A stretch of 59,330 bases of DNA from an uncultured bacterium (GCA_903918675.1 CAIXFE010000093.1:1-59330), one strand, 5' to 3'; positions 22,199-33,178 are shown, counted from the first letter of the stretch. Notes: generated by a model from the letters alone, not told the origin. Numbers and translations: made by a program.

Positions 22199-23008
22199 AT
22201 GATCCACATCACAAAAATCCAAAACAATATTCTCTCTCGATACAAAACCCACGGTAGAACTCTTCCGCGAAGAAAAACCAGAGATCCCTATGCGATTCAC
22301 GTCTCTGAAATCATGCTGCAACAAACTCAGGTCGAGAGAGTAATTCCCTATTTTCATCAATGGATGAAAGATTTTCCCGATTATGCATCATTAGCCAAAG
22401 CATCCAAAGTTGATTTACTTAAACATTGGTCAGGATTGGGATTTAATTCGAGAGCTCTTAGATTACAACAGTGCGCGAAGAAAATGGTTGAGGGTTGAAG
22501 CCTTCGGCTATTGAGGGTTGAGAGTTGAAAAGCAACAAGAGACGAATTGCAGAAATTGCCGGGCATCGGTCCCTACACTTCTGCTGCGATTATGGCATTT
22601 GCTCGAAATAAAGAAGTGCCGGTGATTGACACTAATATCAGAAGAGTGCTCATCTTCCTTTTTAAGCTTCCAGAAACCATTATCTCCAAAGAGCTCGAAG
22701 TCTTCGCCGAGAAAATAATTCCCAAATGAAAATCTCGCGATCGACACAATGCACTCATGGATTATGGAGCACTAGAATTGACAGCGAAAAAGACGAAAAT
22801 TAAATCACTTTCTAAACAATCAAAATTTGAATGATCGGATCGTCAGGTTCGCGGATGGGTCTTAAAAAAAATGATTAAGGATGAAGAATTAAGAATTAAG
22901 GATGTTGGAGAAGAATTTCCACATAAAAATATAAAAAATATTTTAGAGGGGATGAAAAAAGAGTGATTGATTCATATCAAGAAATGAATAATAACGATTG
23001 CAGAATAG
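22199..23008 (+). CDS. HhH-GPD base-excision DNA glycosylase (MutY/Nth-like, no Fe-S cysteines)
   Basis: DPYAIHVSEIMLQQTQVERV, LPGIGPYTSAAIMAFA, VIDTNIRRVL, NALMDYG. 269 aa with no Cys in the C-terminal half. Confidence 0.75.
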
Positions 23009-23117
23009 ATATTATGTCATTCTGATCCCGACGGGTCGGGAGAAGAATATAAAGGAGCTTATTGTACTCTTCACTTTGTTCAGAGTGACAGATCATTTAA
23101 CCTCGTATCATTCCTAG

Positions 23118-23447
23118 ATGAAAATACTCCTCTTTACCGATCCATTACCCGCACAAGTGCTTTCAGGCGAAAAGACCGTAACCTGGAGAGTAGAGGATTA
23201 CAGATGAATCGATGTAGGCGATGAATTATCTCTATGATATAATGATGGCAGAGAATTTGCTCAAGCGATTGCAATCAGGGTCAAAGAAACAACTTTCTGA
23301 CAGCTTACAGATGAAGACTTCATCGGTCATGAAAAGTTCCCAAATCCAGAAGCAATGTATCAGAATTATTCAAATTATTATCACAAGCTAATTACTCCAC
23401 AAACCAATCTAAAAATTATCGAATTCAAACTAACAAAGATTACTTAA
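23118..23447 (+). CDS. ASCH-domain-like protein
   Basis: VLSGEKTVTWRVEDYR.IDVGDEL.. and LTDEDFIGHEKF pattern. 109 aa with three TGA codons. Confidence 0.5.
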
Positions 23448-23460
23448 AAGAATAAATACA

Positions 23461-23521
23461 AAAAAATAAAAAAACCCGTTCAAGCATCACTAGAGAAATA
23501 TCCCTAGGTGTAGCTAACGGG
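23461..23521 (-). terminator. intrinsic terminator on minus strand
   Basis: Minus strand reads CCCGTTAGCTACACCTAGGG...CTAGTGATGCTTGAACGGG (imperfect hairpin of about 15 bp) followed by TTTTTTTATTTTTT. Both flanking genes are on the plus strand. Confidence 0.5.
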
Positions 23522-23756
23522 GGTCCCGCTCATATAGAGACGAGATCTAGTGGTAGTCCAATCAGCGTTAGTAGATCAACTGACAGGTATGTACATAGAA
23601 TCTAACAATAACAAGCGTATGAAGTTACCATACAAAAGTATTCATAAGTGTTAGTGTTCAGAGGGTCTATGCTACAGTGACTGTACTATGACGTAGTCTT
23701 ACTGATCCAAACCAGTCTAGAACATACAGAAAAGGCAATAAATTTCAATAGATTCT
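23466..23756 (-). ncRNA. candidate ~290-nt non-coding RNA of unknown class
   Basis: A 380-nt gap with stops in all frames. Minus-strand TTGTTA-17 nt-TATGAT (23763..23791) upstream and a minus-strand terminator downstream. Confidence 0.3.
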
Positions 23757-23827
23757 TTACTTATCATAGAAATAATCTAAGACAATAACAAACTTGTTAA
23801 CCCTTTAACTAGCTAACTCGTTAACCG

Positions 23828-24496
23828 ATGTTATATTTCATTCCAACTCCCATCTGAAACAAAGACGATATCACGCTTCGCGCGATCAAGCTCATGCAGT
23901 CGCTTGAATTTTTCATCTGCGAAGACACGAGGACAACGATGAAGCTCATGAAAATGTATGAGATCCCGTACAAAGATAAGACATTTTTTTCTCTGACGAG
24001 CTTCACTTCTGACCATCAATTGGCTCGTTATGTGGATATACTCAAGGCCAGTGATATCGGTCTCGTCTCGGAAGCAGGCACGCCCGGACTCTCTGATCCC
24101 GGCAAATCCATGATCAAACTCTGTCATCAGTATCAGATTCCGTATACGATACTTCCCGGTGCAAACGCGCTGATCCCCGCAGTCGTCGCTGCAGGATTTG
24201 ATACATCCGAATTTACCTACTTAGGATTTCTTCCGACCAAGAAGGGAAGACAGACCAAAATTCAGGAAATTTTACAGTCAGAAATACCAGTCTTCGTCTA
24301 TGAATCTGTGCATAGGATAGAAAAGCTTCTCAAAGAATTACAGCTGGCAGGGTTCGTCGGTCAGATCGCCATCGCGAGAGAAGTGAGCAAAATGTTTGAG
24401 CAGCATTTCACGTGAACCGTAGAGGAGGCGGTGGATTTAATTACATCAAAAAAACTCCCCATCAAGGGAGAATTTGTCGTGGGGATAAAAAAATAA
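23828..24496 (+). CDS. rsmI: 16S rRNA (cytidine1402-2'-O)-methyltransferase RsmI
   Basis: LYFIPTPI[TGA]NKDDITLRAIKLM, FICEDTR, SEAGTPGLSDPG, LPGANA. Confidence 0.9.
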
Positions 24497-24497
24497 T

Positions 24498-25421
24498 TTA
24501 TTTTTTCTGTATTTTTTTCGGAGTTAAGGATTTCTTTTCGAGTGGAGTCTTTGTGGAAAGAATTTTCTTAGCCGGCTTTAGTTGCTCCAATATTTCTGCA
24601 CCTGTTTTTTTCTGAGCGATACAAGCATCCAATTGAGCAGAAAAATTCTCATACACTGTTTTTCGTTTCTTGATATTGGTGAGATGAGATCAGTTGAAAT
24701 CATTATCATAATTATTTGGTCATTTATTATACCCGTTGAGAGCATATTGCCGCCTAGTATCTTCATTAGTAATATCTGTAGAGACTTTACTCTTACAGTA
24801 CAAAAGATATTCAGCAGAAAAGTGTAGACTGACTTTAGGATCAAATCTTGAGTCAATCTTAGCTAGAGTTGCAGCATCAGATTTATTTTTCTTTTTGAGG
24901 AAAAGCAATCCATCCGCCATTGCTTTATTGTTCTTATTTTTATATGAAGCATACTTTGGTTGATCGTAAAACACTTTATAATCATGATAAGCGGCATACG
25001 TTGTTTTATCTTTTTCCCAGAGTTCATTGCAAAATCGCTTAAATGTTTCGGGCATGATTTGGAGCACTCCGACTCCACCATCTGCCGTATTGATCGTAGT
25101 AGCATTTCATTCTCCTTCCGTCAGCATCAAGGCAAAGAAATAATCCAATGGGATTCACTTGTCCTTTGCGACAGAAGATACTTCATCATAATATCTAAAT
25201 CCCCTCAGAAATTTCCCCAGTCACTCCTTATCACTGAGAGGAAATTCTTTCTTATCTACGCCATGGACTTTAAGATAAGAACAAAACGCATCCCTGCTGG
25301 TGATAGGATTATTTTCTACATTTTCTTGCAATGCAGATAATGATTCTTTGTCAGCAAGAATTTCATTGGCTTGCTCGTCTGCAAGCGTGACTTCTGTATC
25401 TAAGGCAGATTCAATTCACAT
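24498..25421 (-). CDS. lytic transglycosylase (SLT domain) protein
   Basis: ALMLTEGE[TGA]NATTINTADGGVGVLQIMPETF (catalytic Glu plus the (L/M)Q-x-MP motif). 307 aa, frame verified. Confidence 0.7.
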
Positions 25422-25442
25422 GAATGCGAGATGGAATAAAGA

Positions 25443-26156
25443 CTATTTCGTTTCATCTTCAATATCATCAGGATCGGGAATCTTTGCAACTTTTTTATTC
25501 TTCATTTCATCTTCTAAGAGAAGAAGAATCATAAGATTAGCAATGATCGTCTGATGATCACCATCAAGATGTTCCAGGTGAACCTTCTTTGTGATAGGCT
25601 TCCTTGCATCAATATATGGTGTATCTATCTTTTTTTTGATATTGAATGCTTCAAAAAGCATTCTAACATATTTCTCTCTCTTTTTGAGCGGAGCCTTTAA
25701 AACTTCAACAAGAGGGCGTTTATTTGCATACATTAAAAATTGCTGATCAATAAGACGATCTATTTTTCAAGTAACATCATCTAGATTTAGTTCTTCTATT
25801 GCCAATAGTTGTCACTTATCAAGTGAAAGATGCTCCCTGATAGCAGGGACCAAAGATCTCAACGCATTCCTTTTAAGGACAAGGAGATCTTCATGTACTC
25901 ATTCCTTACTCTTAATCTGCTGTGCAGGATCCTCGATAATGGAAGTGATCTGTTCTTGCCACTTACCATCTATCTTATCCCGCACGTGATTTTCTTTATT
26001 TCCCTCAATTTCTTTGATGAATTCATATAACTTAAAATCAGCTTCGGTTTTTTCATACGTTTTTGAAAATATGGTATCTTGAAGAGTTGAATTATACTTT
26101 AATTCTTTTTTTGTGACATCCACGTTTGTGGTATCCATATTTGTTTTAGCAATCAT
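25443..26156 (-). CDS. hypothetical protein (co-oriented, immediately upstream of the SLT gene)
   Basis: Two track ORFs joined across TGA at 25899..25901. 237 aa. Confidence 0.5.
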
Positions 26157-26166
26157 AAGAGAGAGG

Positions 26167-26223
26167 TTGAAAAGGTAAAATAATTTGCTATAATTAGTAT
26201 ACTTATTTTTTTTTATTTGTCAA
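26167..26223. promoter_or_regulatory. back-to-back divergent promoters
   Basis: Plus strand has TTGAAA-16-TATAAT (26167..26194) and minus strand has TTGACA-16-TATACT (26196..26223). Each lies 40 nt from its ATG (26234 and 26156). Confidence 0.5.
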
Positions 26224-26233
26224 AAAATAGGCA

Positions 26234-27262
26234 ATGAAAAAGCGAAGGTACAGAATAATCGGGATATTGGCGATAGTACTCATTGTCCTCTGAGCCATTT
26301 CGGGGCATATTCACCTGCAATTCTGAAATGGTACTCAATCCACAACCAACTTTCAACCTTCCACTTTCAACCTTCAACAGATTCAGAATATCACTGGGAA
26401 GTTACTTATTTTCCCATGAGCATTTGACCAATTTTTCACCATGATCGGACATACCCAAACCTGACTCCAGATCCAGACCTACGAATTCACCGAGAAAAAG
26501 ATCAAAGACCTGTTCAAAAATCTTTTGGACAAGGGAGTCTCTATTCAACTTATTTTAGAAAATCACCCCTACGAAGCCTATGTCGATGAATTTACACCGA
26601 TAAAAAATGCCTTTTCTGGATATGCAAATTTCGCTATCAAGTCCGACCAGCAGATGAAGACAGAATACGTACATAGCAAGATAGATCTCATGGATCAATC
26701 GTTTCTCATCAAGACTGCCAATCTGACGCACTCATCACTGTTTAGCAATCGTGAATATATGTTTTATAGTACCGATTCATGAGTGCTGCAAAGTCTAAAA
26801 ACCATCTTCGCCAAAGACCGAGCAGGGGAGCCGATCAAACCCAGTGACATTCATCCCAATCTCGTCATCTGCAATATCAATTGTAGAACCGTCATAGAGA
26901 GCATTCTCCAGCAAGCAAAATCATCCATCATCATCCAGACGCAATACATCAACGATCCTGCGATCCTGGACATTCTCTCCAGCCAGCAGAAGAAATTGAG
27001 CGAGATGAAGCTCCTTGTGGCCGATGTCACGACTAATGATATGCTCAAAAGTTATTTACCTGCAGTGACCAAGAAATTATCTAAGCCGTATCTCCATGCC
27101 AAGATGATCCTCATCGATCATAAGATTCTCCTCTTATGAAGCATGAACCTCTCAGCGAATTCTCTAGATAAAAATAGAGAAATCTGAATTTTGCTTCTCG
27201 ATCCAACTCTCATTTCCCAGTTCAGTGCACAATTCACGAAGGATTGGGGAAGTGGGAGGTAG
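26234..27262 (+). CDS. phospholipase D / cardiolipin-synthase-like protein (two HKD motifs)
   Basis: N-terminal TM segment. HSKIDLMD..IKTANLT and HAKMILIDHKILLLGSMNLSANSLDKNREIG. Confidence 0.8.
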
Positions 27263-27330
27263 AACGATGGATGGTTTAGAACGATAGGTTGTAGAACGAT
27301 GGAGTAGTGGAGAGATTCATAGAACGATAG
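27260..27330. repeat. left word array (TAGAACGATGG x4) flanking the four-helix-bundle gene
   Basis: Copies at 27260, 27277, 27292 and 27320. Reverse complement of the array at 27789..27845. Confidence 0.8.
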
Positions 27331-27356
27331 AGATTTATTAATTTACAACTTAAACG

Positions 27357-27719
27357 ATGAATGTAAGTTATCAAAAATTAGATGTATGGCAAAGAGCAAT
27401 GAATCTTATTGATACTATATATGAGATAACCAAATCATTTCCCAAAAATGAATTTGCTCTTGTAGATCAGATGAAAAGATCAGCAGCTTCCATTGCGGCA
27501 AACATTGCAGAGTGAGATCAGAGGAATACGAACAAAGAGAATGTAAATTTTCTTTATATCGCCAAATGATCAGCCGCGGAGACACAAACACATCTGCTTA
27601 TCGCCCAAAGACAAGGGTTTGTCAAAAAAGAGAAGGCAGCTATTCTAGATCAGGATATTACTATCATTCTCAAGATGCTATCATCATTGATATGATACAA
27701 GAAACAGCATCCAAAATAG
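27357..27719 (+). CDS. four-helix-bundle protein (23S rRNA intervening-sequence protein / Avd-like family)
   Basis: YQKLDVWQRAMNLIDTIYEITKSFPKNEFALVDQMKRSAASIAANIAEG...FLYIAKGSAAETQTHLLIA. Confidence 0.8.
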
Positions 27720-27788
27720 GAGGATGGACCATTAGACTTATAGAACGATTGTTCTATCGCTCGTCCTCCACCAAGGAGGGTTCCAACT

Positions 27789-27845
27789 CCCATCGTTCCA
27801 GAATCCACAGCCCATCGTTCAATCGTTCCAACCCCTATCGTTCCA
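27789..27845. repeat. right word array (CCATCGTTCCA x4)
   Basis: CCCATCGTTCCA, CCCATCGTTCAATCGTTCCA, CCTATCGTTCCA. Preceded by hairpins ATAGAACGATTGTTCTAT (27740..27757) and CCTCCACCAAGGAGG (27765..27779). Confidence 0.8.
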
Positions 27846-27931
27846 ATCCGAAGGTTTTTTCAATTGAAAAAAATAATCACATCAGTATCAATCTTTTAAT
27901 CTGTCAGTCTTTTAATCTGAGAATCCCAATT

Positions 27932-28366
27932 ATGTCCGATCTCACAATTCCGTTCATCAAACTTTCAGAGAAAGCGAAGATCCCTTCTCAAGCCACTCCG
28001 TCTGATGCTGGATATGATCTCTTTTCTACCGAGAACTATATCCTCAAACCAGGAGAAAGAAAATTATTTCAGACAAATATTTCCACTGCGATACCTCATG
28101 GCTACTATGGAAGGATTGCACCACGTTCATGATTGGCAAATAAACAGGGAATAGATATCCTAGCAGGAGTTATAGATTCATGATATAGAGGCGATATCGG
28201 TATCGTTGTCATCAATTTCGGTCAAGAAGATTTCCAAGTAAACGAATGAGATAGGATAGCACAATTCATTATAGAGAAATGTCACGAAGTGGAATGGAAA
28301 GAAGTGACTGAATTGATGGAGAGTGAAAGAAGTGAATGAGGACGAGGAAGTACAGGATTTAAATAA
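27932..28366 (+). CDS. dut: dUTP diphosphatase
   Basis: SDAGYDL, GRIAPRSGLA, GVIDSGYRGDIGIVVINFG, DRIAQ, C-terminal GG.GSTGF. Confidence 0.9.
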
Positions 28367-28469
28367 AATTGAGAGATGGAGGATTGAGGGATTGAGAAAT
28401 GAATCCTTTTCTGCTGTTAACTGTTATCCGTTATCCCCACCCCAGATACTTTATACTTTACATTCAATC

Positions 28470-29255
28470 ATGGACGAAAACGAAATCATCATCAAAAGCA
28501 GCAAACAGATTGCGAACATCAGGAAATCCGGGAAATACCTGACCCAACTCCTGAAGGAAATCAGAGATGCAGCAAAACCTGGTATCAAGCTCATAGAGCT
28601 AGAATTCATCGCAGAAGATTTTGTCAGAAAAAATAATGTAAAAGGAGCTTTTAAATGATACAATGGGTTTCCGGCTATTTTATGCTTATCTGTCAATGAA
28701 TGCTTAGTTCATGGGATCCCAGATCAGTATACTCTCAAAGAAGGCGATGTCCTCAAAATCGATGCAGGGATAAATTATTTATGATGAATCAGTGACGCAG
28801 CCATTACCGTGATCATAGGAGGAGAAAAGGCGAATCCATTAGGATATAAATTAGCCAAAGTTACTAAAGAAGGCTTGGACGGAGCCATACAGAAAGTCTG
28901 ACCGGGGAAAAAGATGTATGACTATTCACATGAGGTCTACACGCACGTTTTGAGTCAGTGATTCACGATCATTGAAAAACTGACCGGACATGGAGTAGGC
29001 GTAAGAGTCCATGAAAGACCCTATATTCACAATCATCCTCACCATCAAGATACCAAGACGACGACATTTACACCAGGGATGATCTTGGCATTTGAGCCCA
29101 TCACAGCGATCCAATCCAAAGATTTTGAGCTGAGAAGATGAAATGATCGAAATTTATATACCAAAAAATGAGATCTCTGAGCCCACCGAGAATACACAGT
29201 ATTAATTACGGAGAATTGATATGAGATTTTAGCTGGCCTAACTGAGTTTAATTAA
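28470..29255 (+). CDS. map: type I methionine aminopeptidase
   Basis: VHGIP, DVLKIDAG, GHGVGVRVHERPYI, FEPI, EYTVLITENG. Confidence 0.95.
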
Positions 29256-29256
29256 G

Positions 29257-29730
29257 ATGATCCTTGGAATTGATCCATGAGTAAGAAAACTCGGCTACGC
29301 GCTTATCAAAGCAGATTTAACGATAGTGGAATCCGGAATTTTACTTTTAGAAAAAAAATCTCCAACGAGACAAGATCAGTTTGAAAGGATGATGGAGATA
29401 GAAAATTTCTTTATCAAACTTATTAAAAAACATAAGATACAGACGGTGTGTATGGAAGAATTGTTTTTCACGAGATTCAATCAAAATAACGCAGAGTTTG
29501 TCTACGGCATCAGAGCGATATTGATTACTTTATGCCTTAGGAATAAGGTAAAGATCAAAGAATTGACTCCGATCCAACTCAAAAAATATATCACCGGAAA
29601 CAGTAAAGCCGATAAGAAAATAGTCCAAAATTGTATCATGAAGATATTTAATTTACAAGAATGTCCCGAATATAACGATGCCGCAGATGCCTTGGCATTG
29701 GCCTATATCGCTAATAAGATGAAAGTATAA
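29257..29730 (+). CDS. ruvC: crossover junction endodeoxyribonuclease RuvC
   Basis: MILGIDP[TGA]VRKLGYA, MEELFF, KADKKIVQ, NDAADALALAY. Start is 1 nt after the map stop. Confidence 0.85.
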
Positions 29731-29905
29731 TTTCTGATTTTCAATTTTTAATTTCCTTGTCCTGTAAAGGATAAACAATTTCTAAGTTCTAATTTCTAAT
29801 TTTCAAACCTCTTATGTCTAGGTTCTTTAAGCTTTGTGCTTGGCAGGCTATAAGCTTTAAGCCACTCTCCCACTTTCCCACACTCCCACCTTCCAACTCT
29901 CTTTC

Positions 29906-30328
29906 TTATACTTTTTTTTCAATTGCTTCTATTTCTTTCTCTTCTTTCTTAAGTGATTTCTCATTTTGTAAAGCAAGTGACTCAGCCTCTTTGGCTTCCT
30001 TATGATATGCATGGATGCTATGTTTTATCAATTTCTGAAATCTGGTCTGGAAGATAAGTCAGGTCAATCCTATGAAGAGAGGAGCCCCCATAAATCCATA
30101 AATAATTGCAATGATTTTTCCTCCATGAGTGACCGGGGCCATATCTCAATATCAGATCGTAGACATCGTAACTGAAGTAAAATAGAACGAATTGAAAAGA
30201 TCCCATCCTTCTACAATATGGAATAATACTGTTCCTATAATTACAATAATAAGAATAAACACGATGAAAAATAACACGGGATATTCACCGATAAATTCAT
30301 CAAAGAATCTTTTGAGATGACGATACAT
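29906..30328 (-). CDS. two-TM potassium channel (KcsA-like pore)
   Basis: Selectivity filter TSVTMSTI[TGA]Y[TGA]D (TIGYGD) between two hydrophobic helices. 140 aa. Confidence 0.8.
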
Positions 30329-30573
30329 GATGATATATATAAATATTAAATACGACACAATTATATACAGAATTTCAGAAAAAGCAAATTTTCGATACCA
30401 TTTTTAAGTTTTATATAGGGAAATCATCTAATAAGAGTATCGATAAGCCATTTTAACCCTACTCAAAACGGAACAAACCATTTGATTTATCGAATTTTTC
30501 CTCCTTCAAAAGAAAGTACACTAAAAGTTGATTTATCAAATTTTAATGCACCCAAAAAAAAGTAACGTAAAAT

Positions 30574-30602
30574 TTGACAAATAAGAGTGATCCGGATATA
30601 AT
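30574..30602 (+). promoter_or_regulatory. consensus sigma70 promoter
   Basis: TTGACA-17 nt-TATAAT, 70 nt upstream of the ATG at 30673. Preceded by two TTGATTTATC(G/A)AATTTT direct repeats. Confidence 0.6.
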
Positions 30603-30672
30603 TATCCTATAAGCAAAAAGCCCTAGAGAAATCTAGGACAAAATGATCCACTTTATACTTTAAGCTAGAAAC

Positions 30673-30888
30673 ATGTTCGATACAAAAAAGGCTTTGCTAC
30701 AATTCACCCATTTAAGTCATACCGACAAAGTAAGCAAGATGAAAGAAGTACTCTCCATACTCAAAACTAAGTCAGAATTTTTCGCTGACATAGAGAAGCA
30801 TTTTCGCGCACATCGCGATATCTCTGATGACATGATGGACTACTTATATCATGTTGTGATGAACCTCGTAGCTCTGCAAAACAAATAA
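30673..30888 (+). CDS. small hypothetical protein (71 aa)
   Basis: Intact ORF directly downstream of a consensus promoter. No recognisable motif. Confidence 0.4.
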   Translation: MFDTKKALLQFTHLSHTDKVSKMKEVLSILKTKSEFFADIEKHFRAHRDISDDMMDYLYHVVMNLVALQNK

Positions 30889-30915
30889 ATTCTTTATTCA
30901 TTTCCCCATACAGCC

Positions 30916-33081
30916 ATGACAGGCACATTCGAAAACATCAAGATAAACGACACACTCGAAACAGCAGAAAAAACTGCGATAGAGTGATTGGAAAAACTTG
31001 ACGATGCTACATTGATCAAAGCACTTCAGGATGAAAGTATCAATGTAGTCATCTCCAAAACAGGGGATGCTGAAAAGATGAAAGATATGAAGATGGCTGA
31101 CATTATCGCTGCATTCGACACCTTCGTTACCATTGATGCCACCACTGATCCAAAGAAATTGACAATGAGCTACAAGGCAAACACCACTGCTCCCGAATGG
31201 ATTAAAAACATCGTAGATGATAAGACACCCAAGGGCAACGATCTAGCTTTTCTCATAAATGCGATATATATCAACTTAACTGAATGATCCACTACGGCTG
31301 AAGAATTATTCACTGTCGAGACCAAAACCAGATTAGCAGGTCTCAAGAAAGAGATAGAAAAATCCAGTACAGCAAGTACGGGTGAGACAACTATCCCCAC
31401 ATTAGATCTCAGTAAACTTGATGACAACAAAATTTACTTCACGGATGAAACGATAACGCCATTATTGAAATCCACTATAGAATGATATACTTGGGGAAAT
31501 CAAAACGTAGAAAAACAAGTCTTCGAATATCTCAATGCCTGAGAGATTGCCAAGCTTCAAGAATATCTTTACAAGCAGAACGTAGCAAACGGAACCACAG
31601 ACCAAATGAATTCACGAAATGGGAAAACCTGGGATGGAATACTGGGAGAATGAACCTTGGATGGGATGAAAAATGCCGCTAAGATAGAAGATGGTAAAGA
31701 ATTATCAGAGGATGAATTAAAAGAAAAAAAGAATCCTACAGCGATAATCGCCTCCGTTGTCTCTCAAGGTAAAGACACAAACGATGGAGCAAAAACTCCA
31801 GAAAAAAAGGAGACCACAGAAATCACAAAATTAACTAAAGCAGAGATAGTTGAAGATCCTGCAGCGCATCATCTCATCGGGCCAGACTTCGATGGGCACT
31901 ATTATCCCATGCCAGGATATGATTGGGTAGATCCAGCAGCTGATTCAGAGAATTTTAGCGTCATTGAGACTCCTAAAATAACTGAAACAGAAATAGCAGA
32001 AGATCCAGCAAAATATAATCTCGTACGATCAGAGAGTAAGGGAGAATATACACCAGCAGATGGCTACGCATGGAGAAACAATGATGAAGGTGATTACACA
32101 GTCATTGAAAATGAATATGAACAAAAGACAAAAAGCATCAGCGAACTCAGTAAAATAGCGGTTGGCATCAAGACACTAACCGATACAGAAAAGAAGGCAC
32201 TCAGCCGATATGATCTCATGATCATCTATAGCATGAACAAGAAATTCGATATCTGAGCGAGTAAACCAGCTAACACATTATCCGCCAAAGTAGAAACTAC
32301 TGATCCTAGACGAGAAAAGGTTTATATAGAAGAACAGTTAGCTCCATATAAGTTAAAATTAAGTGACGACCAGCTAAAAAGTGTAGCCAAATTAATAAAA
32401 CAAGCAGATTATGATTCATCATATGGAGAATCATTAGGGGTATACTTCATAATTACAGAGGGGATAATTGACATTTACTTCGATAAAGACACTTATGATG
32501 ATAAGGTGGCGGCAATCAAAGAGCAGAAGAGGTTGACTAAGATAGCTACGATAAAAAGCAAATTACCTACAGCGAAAGATCTAATGGAAGACATGGGCGA
32601 GGCATTCGAATCAAAATTACTTCCGAAAGTAGTCTTTGACGATGCCAAACAATTTGAATCATTTATTATTGGGGTAGGGAAGCTCATAGATACCTTTGCC
32701 TACAGATTTGATACAGATACCCCATTCTATACTTCAGAGAAGTGAAATATCTATATGTCTGGCGGATATAGTTACCCAGATGTTTGATTTTCTTCAACTG
32801 TACAAAACCAAATAAATGCAGTCAAGACTAAATACCCAGATGCAACCATACCAACGATGAAAGAGATCAAAGCAAACATCAAAGCAGATAACCCCAATGC
32901 AAAGTTCTGAATAAATAAATGAGCAAAAGTTACGATTGAAAAAGACTTTCTGGAAGATTCTTCAATCCCCGAACTAAAGAATATAGAAGACTTCAGATGA
33001 AGCTCAGAAAGCAACAAAGAAGCAACGATACAGATCACGAAATACCTCAACAGCCTTGCTTGTTGGAAGGTAGCTGAATAA
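30916..33081 (+). CDS. large hypothetical protein (721 aa) with two tandem ~45-aa repeats
   Basis: Four same-frame pieces joined with TGA=Gly, all junction lines checked. Repeats are EIVEDPAAHHLIGPDFDGHYYPMPGYDWVD...FSVIE and EIAEDPAKYNLVRSESKGEYTPADGYAWRN...YTVIE. Confidence 0.55.
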
Positions 33082-33178
33082 ATAAAATATCTATAATTTC
33101 TCCTCTCTAGATTTTTCTTGTAATCATCTAACAATTGACTATAAGTTGTCAGTGACATTTTATCATGTCATTGTCTGG

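Noticed and set aside
23448-23827. Assigning the gap RNA to tmRNA, RNase P RNA or SRP RNA.
   Set aside because: None of the universal motifs (GAGGAAAGTCC, the GGAAG..AGCAGC domain IV, a tRNA-like 3' end with a T-loop and CCA context, an ..ALAA-type tag ORF) is present on either strand.
27357-27719. Avd-like four-helix-bundle gene as a marker of a diversity-generating retroelement.
   Set aside because: There is no reverse transcriptase ORF and no template/variable repeat pair with A-specific differences anywhere in the window.
32772-33158. 128-aa minus-strand ORF with hydrophobic stretches.
   Set aside because: It overlaps the verified 3' end of the 721-aa plus-strand ORF, and no promoter or partner is evident. 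Probably a shadow ORF, though this is not formally excluded.
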